Program-made: the position numbers and the translations under genes
Source of the DNA: Christensenellales bacterium
GTDB lineage: Bacteria; Bacillota; Clostridia; Christensenellales; CAG-917
Direction of reading: 5' to 3'
Length of the DNA: 58,123 nucleotides
Assembly (NCBI GenBank): GCA_051883555.1
Contig: JBJETY010000028.1
Coordinates: 1-58,123 of the forward strand
The notes under the pieces: generated by a model
What the model was told of the DNA's origin: nothing
The model's input: the letters and a program-made list of their open reading frames with translations, nothing else
Database searches by the model: none
Part shown: piece by piece, positions 9,000 through 20,512 of the stretch
Layout: each line of letters starts with the position of its first letter
Numbering within the stretch: the stretch's first letter is position 1

Positions 9000-10220
9000 T
9001 TATGCCGTTCTTCTGCGAATTTCAGGGTCTGCCTGTTTCTTGATTACGGCATCGTTTATAACAACTGCTTCAATGGATTTATCCGACGGAATTTCGTACA
9101 TTAAATCGAGCAAAGCGTCCTCAAGAATTGCTCTTAAACCGCGCGCGCCCGTATTCAACTCCATTGCCTTATGAGCTACCGCCTTTAATGCAGAGTCTTC
9201 AAATTCCAAAGCAACGTTATCCATCTTAAACTGAGATTGATATTGCTTTGTCAATGCATTTTTAGGCTCCGACAAAATTTTGACCAATGCGTTTTCGTCT
9301 AAGGCATTGAGACCGACGACAACGGGAATTCTTCCGACAAACTCGGGAATCAATCCAAACTTGATAAGGTCGATTGGCTGAAGTTCCGAAATGAGCTTGT
9401 CATAATCGTAATCGTTTGTTCCTTTAACCGCCGAGCCAAAACCAAGTTTTGAGCTGTCCTTACGAGTATCGACGATTTTATCCAAATCAACGAACGCGCC
9501 TCCGCAAATAAACAAAATGTTTGTCGTATCGATTTGATAACATTCCTGATTAGGATGTTTTCTCCCTCCCTGAGGCGGAACGGAAGCAACTGTTCCTTCA
9601 ATTATTTTGAGCAACGCCTGTTGAACGCCTTCGCCCGAAACGTCACGGGTTATAGATACGTTCTCGCTCTTCCTTGCGATTTTATCGATTTCATCGATAT
9701 AAATAATGCCCTTTTGAGCCCTTTCGATATCGCCGTCGGCAGCCTGAATAAGTTTTAACAAAATATTTTCGACGTCCTCGCCAACGTAACCAGCTTCGGT
9801 TAAAGTCGTCGCGTCGGCAACGGCAAAAGGCACGTTAAGAATCTGCGCCAACGTTTTGGCAAGCAAAGTCTTTCCCGAACCTGTAGGCCCAATAAGCAAT
9901 ACGTTGCTTTTTTCAAGAACGATACCGTCTTTAGGTTTGGAAGCGATACGCTTATAGTGATTATAAACTGCTACGCTAAGAACCTTTTTGGCTGCGTCCT
10001 GCCCGACAATATATTCGTCAAGTTTTTCATTGATTTCTTTCGGCGTACAAAGCGTAATTTCATCGGACATTTTTGCCATTGGAGTCTGCTTATAAATGTC
10101 AAGGCAAGTCTGAATACATTCGTTGCATATATAAAGGCCGTTCGGACCTGCAACTATCTTTTCGACTTCCTTTTCGTCTTTACCGCAAAAAGAACAATGT
10201 AAAGTTTTGATTTCGTCCAT
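9000..10220 (-). CDS. clpX: ATP-dependent Clp protease ATP-binding subunit ClpX
   Basis: C4 zinc finger CSFC...[30 protein letters not shown] loop. Confidence 0.98.
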   Translation of the reverse strand: MDEIKTLHCSFCGKDEKEVEKIVAGPNGLYICNECIQTCLDIYKQTPMAKMSDEITLCTPKEINEKLDEYIVGQDAAKKVLSVAVYNHYKRIASKPKDGIVLEKSNVLLIGPTGSGKTLLAKTLAQILNVPFAVADATTLTEAGYVGEDVENILLKLIQAADGDIERAQKGIIYIDEIDKIARKSENVSITRDVSGEGVQQALLKIIEGTVASVPPQGGRKHPNQECYQIDTTNILFICGGAFVDLDKIVDTRKDSSKLGFGSAVKGTNDYDYDKLISELQPIDLIKFGLIPEFVGRIPVVVGLNALDENALVKILSEPKNALTKQYQSQFKMDNVALEFEDSALKAVAHKAMELNTGARGLRAILEDALLDLMYEIPSDKSIEAVVINDAVIKKQADPEIRRRTA

Positions 10221-10829
10221 TTATCCCTTCACCTCTTGATTTCTGGCATAATAAATTTTATCGACAAGACCATAATCTCTTGCTTCTTCAGCAGTCATAA
10301 AGTTATCGCGGTCGGTATCCTTCGCGATTTGTTCGAGAGGCTTACCTGTATTTTCCGATAAAATTTTGTTAAGTCTGTCTCTGGTGCGTAAAATCTGTTC
10401 GGCATGGATTGCAATATCGCTTGCCTGACCGCTTGCTCCGCCCAAAGGTTGATGAATCATTACCTCACAGTTTGGCAACGCATAACGTTTTCCTTTTGTA
10501 CCCGAAGAAAGCAAAAACGCACCCATCGAAGCGGCAAGTCCGATACAAATCGTCGAAACGTCGCATTTAATATAGTTCATAGTATCGTAAATAGCCATAC
10601 CGGCAGTTACGCTACCACCGGGACTATTAATATAGATACTAATATCTTTAGTAGGGTCTTTACCTTCGAGATATATAAGTTCGGCAACGATGGTATTCGC
10701 CATAGCGTCGTCAATTTCGCCAGACAGAAAAATAATTCTGTCGTCCAAAAGTCTTGAATATATATCGTATGAACGTTCGCCACGATTAGTTTGCTCTACT
10801 ACATATGGTACTAAATAATCTTTAATCAT
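10221..10829 (-). CDS. clpP: ATP-dependent Clp protease proteolytic subunit
   Basis: [38 protein letters not shown]. Confidence 0.98.
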   Translation of the reverse strand: MIKDYLVPYVVEQTNRGERSYDIYSRLLDDRIIFLSGEIDDAMANTIVAELIYLEGKDPTKDISIYINSPGGSVTAGMAIYDTMNYIKCDVSTICIGLAASMGAFLLSSGTKGKRYALPNCEVMIHQPLGGASGQASDIAIHAEQILRTRDRLNKILSENTGKPLEQIAKDTDRDNFMTAEEARDYGLVDKIYYARNQEVKG

Positions 10830-10936
10830 GTTGCCCTCCTGCTAAGTAAATTTACGATTAATTAAAGCGGTAAACCAAATTAAGCGTTATTGTCAATATA
10901 ATTTATAGAAAAGAATTATATTGAAACGAGTTGAAA

Positions 10937-12268
10937 TTATGCTTTATCTGTTTCAGCCTTTTTTTCTTTAGTAGCCGCTTCTTTAACTAAAAGATTTTCC
11001 TTTTTAAGCATATCCAACAATTTTTCGGTAAGTATCTGCTTTGCGATATAATCGAGCTGACCTTCTTTAAGGTTCAATTTGAATTTTTCAACGTCCATGT
11101 TAGATTGCTTTGCATACTCGCTGACTTTATTTTCAAGTTCTTTTGCGGTATGTTTAATTTTTTCCGCTTTGATGATTGCTTCCATAACAAGTCTGACTCT
11201 TATAGCTTTTTCAGCTTGCGGAGTATAATCTTTCTTGATATCCTCAACGGTAATATTCATATATTTAAGATAATCTTCGAATTTAAGTCCCTGATAACGG
11301 AGTCTTAACGAAAACTCTTCAATCATATCCTCGACTTCGGCGTCAAGCATTGCTTGCGGAATATCGATTTTTGAATTCTTAACGATTTTTTCGATAATAT
11401 CGTTTTCAAAATCGCGTTCGGCTTTTTCTTCCGCTCTTTCTTTGAGTTTCTTTTCTATGCTCTTGCGATATTCGTCAACGGTATTAAATTCAGAAATATC
11501 TTTAACGAATTCATCGTCAAGCTTTGGCAATTCTTTTGTTTTTACGCCGTTAATTTTGCAAGCAAATTCAGCGTCTTTGCCTTTAAGATTTTCTGCATGA
11601 TAATCTTCAGGGAATTTGACTTTGACGATTTTGTCTTCGCCCTTTTTAGCTCCGACGAGTTGGTCTTCAAAACCCGGAATAAAGCTTCCGCTACCGAGTT
11701 CGAGGTCGTAATTGTCCATGCTACCGCCTTCGAATTCCACACCGTCAACGCTGCCTTTGAAATCGATATTTACTATATCGTGCATTTTTGCAGCTTCTTC
11801 CGTATCGACGATACGAGCTTGCTTATTTCTTTCGGCGTCGATTTCCGAATCGACCTGTGCCTTTGTAACTTTGTCTACCTTTTTAGCGATATTAAGTCCT
11901 TTATATTCGCCGAGTTTAACCTCAGGTTTAACCGTAATTTTAAGAGTAAACGTAACTTTACCATCGTCTTCGAAATCGAATTTTTCAACTTCCGGACGAG
12001 CGACAACTTCAACGTTCTTTTCGTCGGCAAGGAATTTTTCGTATCCTTCCGGAATAATTATATCCAATGCGTCTTCATAAAAAACGCCTTTTCCGTAAAG
12101 TCCTTCAATGACTTTTCTAGGAGCTTTGCCCTTTCTGAAACCGCCGATATTAAATTTTCCCTTAACTTTTTGATAAGCTTTTTCGCAAGCCGCATCAAAT
12201 TCTGTTGCATCAGCCGTAAAACTGACCTTAATCTCGCTTTTAGCGGATTTGTCAATAGTGTAATTCAT
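10937..12268 (-). CDS. tig: Trigger factor
   Basis: GFRKGKAP ribosome-binding motif, FKBP domain FIPGFEDQLVG; GGAGG RBS before ATG 12268. Confidence 0.97.
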   Translation of the reverse strand: MNYTIDKSAKSEIKVSFTADATEFDAACEKAYQKVKGKFNIGGFRKGKAPRKVIEGLYGKGVFYEDALDIIIPEGYEKFLADEKNVEVVARPEVEKFDFEDDGKVTFTLKITVKPEVKLGEYKGLNIAKKVDKVTKAQVDSEIDAERNKQARIVDTEEAAKMHDIVNIDFKGSVDGVEFEGGSMDNYDLELGSGSFIPGFEDQLVGAKKGEDKIVKVKFPEDYHAENLKGKDAEFACKINGVKTKELPKLDDEFVKDISEFNTVDEYRKSIEKKLKERAEEKAERDFENDIIEKIVKNSKIDIPQAMLDAEVEDMIEEFSLRLRYQGLKFEDYLKYMNITVEDIKKDYTPQAEKAIRVRLVMEAIIKAEKIKHTAKELENKVSEYAKQSNMDVEKFKLNLKEGQLDYIAKQILTEKLLDMLKKENLLVKEAATKEKKAETDKA

Positions 12269-12479
12269 ATAACCTCCGTAAAGTAACACCTAATTGTATT
12301 CGTCATAGTATAGCACATTTATATATTTTAATCAATCGATTTTTTGAATATGCATACCGTATTTTAGAAAAATTATCGTTGCGTTGCGTTATAAATTTCT
12401 ATCGACCGTTTTAAAGCTTCCGTTTTAAATTATCACCACTTTTTTTATATTTATAATATTTATGCCATTTAATATTTTA

Positions 12480-12507
12480 TTTACATTATTTTAAATTGTT
12501 GTATAAT
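12480..12507 (+). promoter_or_regulatory. SigA-type promoter, predicted leaderless start of rqcH
   Basis: TTTACA, 16 bp, TATAAT (12502-12507), then 6 nt to ATG 12514; no SD. Confidence 0.6.
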
Positions 12508-12513
12508 GTTTTT

Positions 12514-14199
12514 ATGGATTTATTTACAATGAACGCTCTATCAAAAGAGCTCAACGATTCCTTAGAAGGCGCGAAAACAGACAAAATCGTCCAACCTGAA
12601 AGCGATGAAATCCGTTTTTATTTAAGACGAGGCAACAGAAACTATATTTTGGTTATTTCGGCAAACGCAAAAGTTCCGCGTATTCACCTGACTACGCAAA
12701 AAAAGCCGAATCCTATAAACGCCCCGGCTTTTTGCATGCTTTTAAGAAAGCACTTAAGCGTTGGCGCCGTCGAAAGAATAGGCATTTTAAACAACGACCG
12801 CGCTATAAAAATAGATTTCCTTTGCAAATCCGAAATGAAAGATTATAAGAGATTCTCAATCATCGTCGAGCTTATGAGTCGATACTCGAATATTATATTC
12901 ACCGATGAAAAAGGAATCATTTTAGAGGCGATGAAGAAAACAAGCCTTGACGCCCCTAACAATCATCCCGTCTTAAAGGGAATCGAATATACCCCTCTCG
13001 TTCAACCTAAAACAAGCGTTTTCGACGAATTGTTCAAAACGAAAATTTTTGACTTAGCAAAAAAATCGGGAGTTTTTGCAGAAAATATGCTTGCCGATTT
13101 CAGCGGTTTTAGCAAAGCGACGTTAAAGCAGCTTTTTAAACTTGCAGACGTCGATATTAACTCGGCTTCGCTCGACATAGCGGCAATAAAGAAATTGATC
13201 GAAACGGTTGATTTAATGAAAAATTTCAACTCGTCCTCTTTGTTTTCTCCGTGTATTCAAAACGGCGAACCGCTTTGCATGCCTTACGCAGACGATGAAT
13301 TTGAAAAGTGCGAAACGCTCAGCGAGGCTTTCGACAAAAGCGTAAACTTCAGCGACCTTAAGGTCAGAATGGAATCAAAAAGCAAACGCATAAAGCTTGC
13401 CACAAACCGTCTTATAGAAAAGCTTAAAAAGAATATTGCTCTTGCAAAAGACAAACTGTCGGATTGCGAAACAATGGACGACGAACGCATTTTAGGAGAA
13501 TTAATAACCGGCAATATTTATAAAATCAAACGAGGCATGAAAGAAATAGAAGTTTATGATTATTATACAAACGAAAACAGAACCATTACGTTAGACGAAA
13601 CTCTGTCGCCGTCGCAAAACGCAAACAAGCATTTCGATAAGTATAACAAGCTTAAACGAACGAAAGAATTTACGCAAAAAAGACTTAACGAAGAAGAATC
13701 TTTACTCGAATATGCTCTTTCCATTTCCGAAAGTATCGACTCGTTAAAAAACGAAGACTCCATTTCCGAAATCGAAAGAGAACTATCCCAAATAGGCGCG
13801 ATAAAAATTCAGAAGCAATCGACGAAAAACGAAAAGCCTCAAGCTCCGATAGAATATAACGTAAACGGATTTACGGTATATAAAGGAAAAAACAATATAC
13901 AAAACGATAATCTGACTTTTAAAGTTGCAAACGGAAACGACTTGTGGTTCCATCAAAAAAACGCTCCGTCCGCGCATACCCTGCTTATAACAAACGGCAA
14001 AACTCCCGACGATTTAACTCTGCAAATCGTTGCCGAAATCGCTATTTCGGATAAAACGGCAACTGCGGAAGTTGATTATACAAAACGTCAGAACGTAAAA
14101 AGAAAGCAACCATATCATTATGGTCAGGTAATTTATACGGATTATAAAACCATTCTTGCAACTCCGAATGTACACGCCGAACTGATGATTAAAAAATAA
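12514..14199 (+). CDS. rqcH: NFACT-family ribosome quality control factor RqcH (FbpA/YloA)
   Basis: DKIVQPE, FCMLLRKHL, NDR, ELMSRYSNII, SPSQNANKHFDKYNKLKR, C-terminal DLWFH and VDYT. Confidence 0.92.
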   Translation: MDLFTMNALSKELNDSLEGAKTDKIVQPESDEIRFYLRRGNRNYILVISANAKVPRIHLTTQKKPNPINAPAFCMLLRKHLSVGAVERIGILNNDRAIKIDFLCKSEMKDYKRFSIIVELMSRYSNIIFTDEKGIILEAMKKTSLDAPNNHPVLKGIEYTPLVQPKTSVFDELFKTKIFDLAKKSGVFAENMLADFSGFSKATLKQLFKLADVDINSASLDIAAIKKLIETVDLMKNFNSSSLFSPCIQNGEPLCMPYADDEFEKCETLSEAFDKSVNFSDLKVRMESKSKRIKLATNRLIEKLKKNIALAKDKLSDCETMDDERILGELITGNIYKIKRGMKEIEVYDYYTNENRTITLDETLSPSQNANKHFDKYNKLKRTKEFTQKRLNEEESLLEYALSISESIDSLKNEDSISEIERELSQIGAIKIQKQSTKNEKPQAPIEYNVNGFTVYKGKNNIQNDNLTFKVANGNDLWFHQKNAPSAHTLLITNGKTPDDLTLQIVAEIAISDKTATAEVDYTKRQNVKRKQPYHYGQVIYTDYKTILATPNVHAELMIKK

Positions 14200-14275
14200 T
14201 CGCTTAATAGTTATAAAAAATGCGTTAAGATAGAATTCGTTTTAGTTTAAAACTTGTTTGTTTAGAATTAGTTTT

Positions 14276-14350
14276 AATTGAAATTTGTTCATTTTGAATT
14301 AGTTAAATTGAAATTTGTTCATTTTGTAGTAGTTAAATTGGAATTTGTTT
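14276..14350. repeat. 30-bp tandem repeat x2.5
   Basis: AAATTTGTTCATTTTG(AAT/TAG)TAGTTAAATTG at 14281 and 14311, partial third. Confidence 0.85.
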
Positions 14351-14465
14351 TATAATTCGTTTAGCTTTTACGATTTAAGTTAAACAAATTTATTGACAGT
14401 TAACTAAAATTTACCCTTAAACTAAAACTCAATTTTCATAAGGAAACGTGAAAATTTTGCATAAT

Positions 14466-14492
14466 AAAACTGCGACTTTTGTCGCAGTTTTT
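14466..14492. terminator. Bidirectional terminator between rqcH and rnc
   Basis: AAAACTGCGAC-TTTT-GTCGCAGTTTT. Confidence 0.8.
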
Positions 14493-14761
14493 AGCTTTAT
14501 ATTACAAGCAGTTTCTCACACATAAGATTTGAAACTTTTTAAAACCGAAATTAAAATACGTCAATTTAAACGTCAATTTAACGTGGAAACGTCAAGCGGA
14601 ATCTACAAATAAAACGCAAAACCTAATAGCGTCAGAAGAAATCGCAAACAAACAGTTTAAGATTTGCGTATCATTTAGCTATCGATTTAGCAAAATTTCA
14701 GTATGGAAATCTTTTTTATGCTATACGTTCAATCGTAAAAATTACGTTTTTCCCGCAACTA

Positions 14762-15457
14762 TCAGACTTTATTATTTTTGTTCCGTATCTCGTTTAACGC
14801 CGATTGCGCAGCTATCTGCTCCGCTTCCTTTATGCTTTTGCCTTCGCCGACGCCGAACTTTTCGCCGTCAATCAACACTTCGTATTTAAAAATCGGACTA
14901 TGGTCGGGTCCGCTTCTGAAGATTTCGCGATATGCCACGGACTTATTATGTTTCGTTCCGTATTCGTTAAGTTCGCTTTTCGCATCAATCGACTTCCTCG
15001 CCGAATCGACTCCGTCGATGATATCGCTCAAAAGTCGCACGATAAACTTCTCACATTCTGAGACGTCTTCGCTGTCAACGTATATAGCTCCGACGATAGA
15101 TTCGAATAAATCAGCTTTAACGGAGTCGAGGTCGGCAACGTTCTGTTTCTTCTCTCCGACGCCGACAAGCAGATTGTGCGATACGTTAAGACGATCTATA
15201 GCTTCGGCAAGCGGTTTTTCCGAAACGACGCTCGCTCTGATTCTCGTCAGATATCCCTCGTTTTTGTCGGGATAACGATAAAAGAAAATCTTTGCTATTA
15301 CGAAATCAAGAATGCTATCTCCCAAAAATTCGAGATTCTGATAGCTTTTGCATTTTTGATTTGCATAAGAGTTATGCGTAAACGCACGGACTAAAAGCAT
15401 AGGATTTTTAAAAGTATATCCGATTTTCTCTTCAACTTCGGCAAGATTTACAGCCAT
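14762..15457 (-). CDS. rnc: Ribonuclease III
   Basis: AFTHNSY, NLEFLGDSIL signature, DLFESIVGAIY, C-terminal dsRBD. Confidence 0.97.
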   Translation of the reverse strand: MAVNLAEVEEKIGYTFKNPMLLVRAFTHNSYANQKCKSYQNLEFLGDSILDFVIAKIFFYRYPDKNEGYLTRIRASVVSEKPLAEAIDRLNVSHNLLVGVGEKKQNVADLDSVKADLFESIVGAIYVDSEDVSECEKFIVRLLSDIIDGVDSARKSIDAKSELNEYGTKHNKSVAYREIFRSGPDHSPIFKYEVLIDGEKFGVGEGKSIKEAEQIAAQSALNEIRNKNNKV

Positions 15458-16476
15458 TACGTTTCGTCCTTAGCGTCTAAATTTTTTACGTATTCGGTGA
15501 TTTTTCCTACTACGTCGTATTCCGACAGATTCTTCGCCTGAAGAATACTTGAGGTTATCGACTTTGCCTTGCTTGCGCCGTGACTTTTAACGACAACTTT
15601 GTTTACGCCCAAAAAGCAAGCTCCGCCGTTTTCGTTGTAGTCCATTTCTTTCTTTATCTTTTTCAACGTAGGAAGCATTAACCCCGCTCCGATTTTAGCT
15701 TTTAAACCGCCCGTTTTAATTCCTTCTTTCAAAAGACTGAAAACCGCATTAGCCGTGCCTTCGGCCGACTTTAAAGCAATATTTCCGTTAAATCCGTCGG
15801 CAACGATAACGTCGTATTCACCCGACAAAATATCACGGGCTTCGCAGTTGCCCACAAAGTTCAGACCGCTGTCTTTAAGCAATGCAAAGGCCTCGTGACA
15901 AAGTTCGTTACCCTTTTTGTCTTCCGCGCCGTTTGAAAGCAAACCTATTCTCGGATTTTCGATTTTAAGCATAGCGCTACAAAAAGCCGCTCCCATATAT
16001 CCGAAATGAAGAAGGTTTACGGCCTTGCAATCTACGTTTGCGCCGCAGTCGCAAAGTACGACGTTTCCGTGTTTAACCGTAGGCAAAATCGGTGCAAGCG
16101 CAGGACGAGAGATGCCTTTAATTCTGCCGGCTTTCATAAACGCACCGGTCAATACTGCCCCCGTCGACCCTGCCGAAACAAGAGCCGTTGCGTCGTCGTG
16201 AGCCATAAGATAATCAAACGCTTTGACAAGCGACGAATCTTTCTTCAACTTTATAGCCATAGTCGGAGATTCATCGTTGGTGATAACGTCCTTTGCGTCT
16301 ACAACGGTAATACGAGAAAAATCACCCTTTTGCGATTTTAATATATCGTTGATTTGGTTTTCGTCTCCTACGGCGACTATTTCAATATCTTTATCTTCCT
16401 TGACGGCGTTTACGGCTCCTAAAACGACTTCTTTAGGCGCATAATCTCCGCCAAAAACGTCCAATACAATTTTCAT
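15457..16476 (-). CDS. plsX: Phosphate acyltransferase PlsX
   Basis: DVFGGD, SAGSTGA, SRPAL, DCGAN, DGFNGN, KSHGAS; GAGGT RBS before ATG 16476; TAATG overlap with rnc. Confidence 0.96.
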   Translation of the reverse strand: MKIVLDVFGGDYAPKEVVLGAVNAVKEDKDIEIVAVGDENQINDILKSQKGDFSRITVVDAKDVITNDESPTMAIKLKKDSSLVKAFDYLMAHDDATALVSAGSTGAVLTGAFMKAGRIKGISRPALAPILPTVKHGNVVLCDCGANVDCKAVNLLHFGYMGAAFCSAMLKIENPRIGLLSNGAEDKKGNELCHEAFALLKDSGLNFVGNCEARDILSGEYDVIVADGFNGNIALKSAEGTANAVFSLLKEGIKTGGLKAKIGAGLMLPTLKKIKKEMDYNENGGACFLGVNKVVVKSHGASKAKSITSSILQAKNLSEYDVVGKITEYVKNLDAKDET

Positions 16477-16526
16477 ATTAACCTCGTATAAAAAATTTGG
16501 TGAGCGATTGCTCACCAAAAAAAAGA

Positions 16527-16715
16527 TTATTCAGCTTTTTGATTAGGTTCTTTTACCAAAGTGCCTTTATAGTAACCGCACTTAGGACAAACCGTGTGGC
16601 TCTTGATAAGCTCATGACATTGTGGACATTCCACAAGACCTGTTGCCTTCAACTTCCAATTTGCAAATCTAGAATTAGTTTTCGACTTAGAAATTTTATT
16701 TTTTGGTACTGCCAT
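16527..16715 (-). CDS. rpmF: 50S ribosomal protein L32 (zinc-ribbon type)
   Basis: MAVPK, CPQC...CPKCGYYKG; own promoter TTGACA-17-TAAAAT upstream. Confidence 0.95.
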   Translation of the reverse strand: MAVPKNKISKSKTNSRFANWKLKATGLVECPQCHELIKSHTVCPKCGYYKGTLVKEPNQKAE

Positions 16716-16820
16716 CTTTACATTCCTCCTGTCCAGAGTCTTTCAACTTCAAAATTTTACGATAAATCGCCGATATTGTCAAACGAATAACGCCATATTT
16801 TGAGTGGTTTTAACATTTTT

Positions 16821-18014
16821 TTATTTTTTTGCCACTAAAGCTTGTGTTTCTCTTGCGATTGACAACTCTTCGTTAGTCGGAACAATCAAAACTTTAACTT
16901 TCGAACCCGGATTAGATATTTCGCGGATACCGCTTTCCTTTTCGACGTTCTTCTCTTTGCTGAAATCAACGCCGAGATATTCCATACCTTCCATAACGAG
17001 TCCGCGCATAACAAAACTGTTTTCGCCTATACCGCCCGTAAAGACGATAGCGTCCACGCCGCCCAAAACGGCCGCATAACTGCCGATATATTTCTTTACG
17101 CTGTAAGCGACCATATCGAGAGCGAGTTTTGCCTTTTCATCCCCTTGATTTGCCTTTTCGGTAAGGTCACGGCAGTCGCTTGAATATTCGCTTATTCCGA
17201 GCATGCCGCATTTTTTATTGAGGAATTGAACGACTTCCCCGTCTTTCATATTGAGTTTTTGTCTAATATAATCAACGGCGGCAGGGTCAATATTACCCGA
17301 ACGTGTTCCCATAACAAGGCCTTCGAGCGGCGTAAAGCCCATAGACGTATCCTGACACTTTCCGTCTTTGACGGCTGAAATTGAAGAACCGTTTCCTAAA
17401 TGGCAGATTATCATCTTTTTATCTTTGCCGATAATCTTTGCCGTTTCTTCGCTTACGAACTTATGAGACGTGCCGTGAAAGCCGTATTTTCTGACTTTAA
17501 ATTCTTCGTATACGCTATACGGAATTCCGTACATATAAGCCTTAGGAGGCATTGTGCTATGGAAAGTCGTATCGAACACGGCAACCATAGGAACGCCCGG
17601 CATAACTTCTATACAGCTTTTTATGCAAGCTATATTTCCAGGCATATGAAGAGGTCCGAGTTCCGCATTCTTTTCGCATATTCTGATGACTTCATCGTCG
17701 ATAACGACCGAAGAATGGAAATCCTCTCCCGAGTGGAGAACTCTGTGACCTACCGCGCTGATTTCCGATACGGATTTAATTGCACCGTACTGAGGATCCA
17801 ACATAGCTTTCAAAACAAGCTCCATAGCCTCTTTGTGCGACGGCATATCTTGTTGAATCGTATATTCTTTACCGTCCGCAGTTTTTTGCGACAAACAGCT
17901 ACCGCTGAAAGTTATACGCTCGCAGAGTCCTTTAAGCAAAGCGGTTTCGGTTTCCATATCGATAAGTTGATACTTAAGTGAAGAAGAGCCTGCATTAATG
18001 ACTAAGATTTTCAT
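16821..18014 (-). CDS. ackA: Acetate kinase
   Basis: NAGSSSLK, GHRVLH, FDTTFH, YGFHGTSH, HLGNGSS, TGGIGENS. Confidence 0.98.
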   Translation of the reverse strand: MKILVINAGSSSLKYQLIDMETETALLKGLCERITFSGSCLSQKTADGKEYTIQQDMPSHKEAMELVLKAMLDPQYGAIKSVSEISAVGHRVLHSGEDFHSSVVIDDEVIRICEKNAELGPLHMPGNIACIKSCIEVMPGVPMVAVFDTTFHSTMPPKAYMYGIPYSVYEEFKVRKYGFHGTSHKFVSEETAKIIGKDKKMIICHLGNGSSISAVKDGKCQDTSMGFTPLEGLVMGTRSGNIDPAAVDYIRQKLNMKDGEVVQFLNKKCGMLGISEYSSDCRDLTEKANQGDEKAKLALDMVAYSVKKYIGSYAAVLGGVDAIVFTGGIGENSFVMRGLVMEGMEYLGVDFSKEKNVEKESGIREISNPGSKVKVLIVPTNEELSIARETQALVAKK

Positions 18015-18015
18015 A

Positions 18016-19008
18016 TTACGCTCCTTGCAAACACGTGATTGCCGCAACGGCTACTATATCTTCTGCAACGCAGCCTCTTGACAAATCGTTGATTGGTTTT
18101 GACAAACCTTGCATAATAGGTCCGATAGCCATGCAACCGCCGAAACGTTGAGCAAGTTTATAACCGATGTTACCAGCGTCAAGGTTAGGGAAAACAAGGA
18201 CGTTTGCCTGACCTGCAACAGGACTTCCGCTTGCTTTTTGTTTTGCAACGACGTCTACTATAGCGGCGTCAAGCTGCATTTCGCCGTCAACGCAAATTTC
18301 AGGATGTTCGTTCTTTACAATCTGAAGCGCATTTCTGACTTTGTCGATATTTTCATGTTTTGCACTTCCAAGCGTTGAAAAGCTAAGCATAGCGATTTTA
18401 GGTTCAACCTCAACGATATTCTTGGCAGAAAGATATGCCGCTTGGACGATATCTGCAAGTTGATTTTCGTCAGGATACGGAATAACGGCACAATCGCTGA
18501 ATACGTATGCCGGCGTGTCGCTATATTTAAAATCTGCCGGAGGCACCATGATAAAGCAACTTGAAACGCTCTTTATACCCTTAGCCGGTTTAACAACCTG
18601 GAAAGCGGCTCTCGACACGTCTGCCGACGAAAATACCGCGCCTCCGACTACACCGTCTACGTCGCCTTTCTTAAGCGCGACAGCAGCATAATACATATTG
18701 TTTGTCGTGATAAGCTTCTTTGCGGCGTCAAGCGTCAAACCTTTTTCTTTACGAAGTTCATAAAGGAATTCGGTATATTCATCGGTTTTATCGACTGCAG
18801 GATTCATAAAGTTTACGCCGTCAAAATTGATTTCGGGAAACTTTGCAATAATGCCCGATTTGTCGCCGATTAAAACGACTTTACAGATTTTCTTTTCGGT
18901 AAGGATTTCAGCTGCTTTAGCGGCTCTATAATCGTCACCTTCCGCAAGAGCTATGGTTTTGTTAAGTTTTGCTGCTCTGGAAAAGAGATTTTCTAAAAAA
19001 TTGCTCAT
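18016..19008 (-). CDS. pta: Phosphate acetyltransferase
   Basis: AEGDD, DCAV, LSFST, DGEMQLDAA, FPNLDAGNIGYK, GPIMQG, DLSRGC. Confidence 0.97.
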   Translation of the reverse strand: MSNFLENLFSRAAKLNKTIALAEGDDYRAAKAAEILTEKKICKVVLIGDKSGIIAKFPEINFDGVNFMNPAVDKTDEYTEFLYELRKEKGLTLDAAKKLITTNNMYYAAVALKKGDVDGVVGGAVFSSADVSRAAFQVVKPAKGIKSVSSCFIMVPPADFKYSDTPAYVFSDCAVIPYPDENQLADIVQAAYLSAKNIVEVEPKIAMLSFSTLGSAKHENIDKVRNALQIVKNEHPEICVDGEMQLDAAIVDVVAKQKASGSPVAGQANVLVFPNLDAGNIGYKLAQRFGGCMAIGPIMQGLSKPINDLSRGCVAEDIVAVAAITCLQGA

Positions 19009-19137
19009 ATTAACTCCAAAAACTCGGCAATATGATATTGCTTCTTATTTATTTTATTGCTATAATTATAAAAGCTATTTTTCAAAAAATCAACTGTTGA
19101 CAACACAATTTTAAAAACGACAAGCAAACGAGGTAAT

Positions 19138-20271
19138 ATGAAAACAACGGCAATTATCGCAGAATACAATCCTTTTCATAACGGGCATCTTTATCAACTT
19201 ACAAAAGCAAAAACAGAAACAAATTGCGATACCCTTGTTGTCGTGATGAGCGGTTCTTTCACTCAACGGGGAGACGTTTGCATTGCCGATAAATATACCC
19301 GTGCAAATTGGGCGATTGCAGCAGGAGCCGACATAGTAATCGAACTGCCCGTCGTCTATTCTCTCTCGCCTGCCAACAGATTTGCAATGGGGGCAATTAA
19401 AACTCTATCCGTTTTCGACGACGTGACGCTTTCATTCGGAAGCGAAAGCGGCGACCTTAGTTCCTTACAACTTGCCGTTTCGACTCTCAACTATGAGACA
19501 AATGAATTCAAATCGCTACTCAACGACTATATGTCGCAAGGCTATTCGCTTGCAAAAGCCAGGACCATGGCTTTAGACAATGAAAACCCCGTTGTGTCCG
19601 AACTTATAGGAAGTCCTAACAATATACTTGGCGTCGAATATTTAAAAGCATGCCATGCACTCGATTTACCGTTTAACTTTCATACGGTAAAACGCAGATA
19701 TTCTCAGGACGGCGGACCTTTTTTGTCGTCGACCGAAATCAGAAAAATGTTACACTGCGGCGAGAAAATCGATAAAGCCGTTCCGCCTTTTGTAGAAATA
19801 AGCGATATCGACGCAAAGAAATTTTCGGCAATCTGCCTCTATGCAATAAACACAATGTCAGCTGCCGAACTCGAAAAAATCGCCAATATATCCGAAGGGT
19901 TTGAAAACAGATTAAAAAAACTGACTTTTGGCTCAATCGAAGAGCTTATGGCCCTTACTACAAAACGTTATACTAAAAGCACGATTAAACGCATTGTCGC
20001 TTCCGCGACTTTAGGGCTGACAAAAGACCTTGTAAGTCTGGCAGAGGAAAACAATCCTTACGTGAGAGTCCTAGGTATTCGCAAAAACAGAAAAGATATA
20101 TTAAGCGCTATCTCCAAAAAAACTCAACCGTTTTTAAAATATAGCGACTGCGACGCAAACAGCGTTTATCGGCCTCTTTTAGATATGGACGAAAAAGCTC
20201 ATCGGTTTTTGTCGCTTGTAAACGGCAACCCTGAAAAAGTTTTAAATCAGCCGACGTTTTTAAACGAATAA
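19138..20271 (+). CDS. tmcAL: tRNA(Met) cytidine acetate ligase TmcAL (YlbM family)
   Basis: AEYNPFHNGH, MSGSFTQRG, PNNILGVEY, SSTEIR; divergent from pta-ackA. Confidence 0.88.
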   Translation: MKTTAIIAEYNPFHNGHLYQLTKAKTETNCDTLVVVMSGSFTQRGDVCIADKYTRANWAIAAGADIVIELPVVYSLSPANRFAMGAIKTLSVFDDVTLSFGSESGDLSSLQLAVSTLNYETNEFKSLLNDYMSQGYSLAKARTMALDNENPVVSELIGSPNNILGVEYLKACHALDLPFNFHTVKRRYSQDGGPFLSSTEIRKMLHCGEKIDKAVPPFVEISDIDAKKFSAICLYAINTMSAAELEKIANISEGFENRLKKLTFGSIEELMALTTKRYTKSTIKRIVASATLGLTKDLVSLAEENNPYVRVLGIRKNRKDILSAISKKTQPFLKYSDCDANSVYRPLLDMDEKAHRFLSLVNGNPEKVLNQPTFLNE

Positions 20272-20512
20272 ATTGTTTTTAAACGAATAAAATTTAAATC
20301 AAAGCAAAAACAAACGTCACTTTTCGATATCAATGAAAAGGGCGTTTTTTTTGCACTTTTTAAAACCGCTCTGTTTGCCAAACGTTCTGCCAAATGATTT
20401 TTATTTAATTTTTTTATTTAAATTGTTTCCTATTTTAAGTTGTTTTCGCTAAGACTTAACGCTTATACGTAAATTAAATAATTTTTCACTAAAATTTTTA
20501 ATATAATTTACT

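Noticed and set aside
10830-12495. CtsR boxes upstream of clpP or tig
   Set aside because: No RGTCAAA-NAN-RGTCAAA direct repeat seen in either intergenic region
16716-16820. yceD/DUF177 gene upstream of rpmF
   Set aside because: The gap is ~100 bp and contains only a TTGACA-17-TAAAAT promoter
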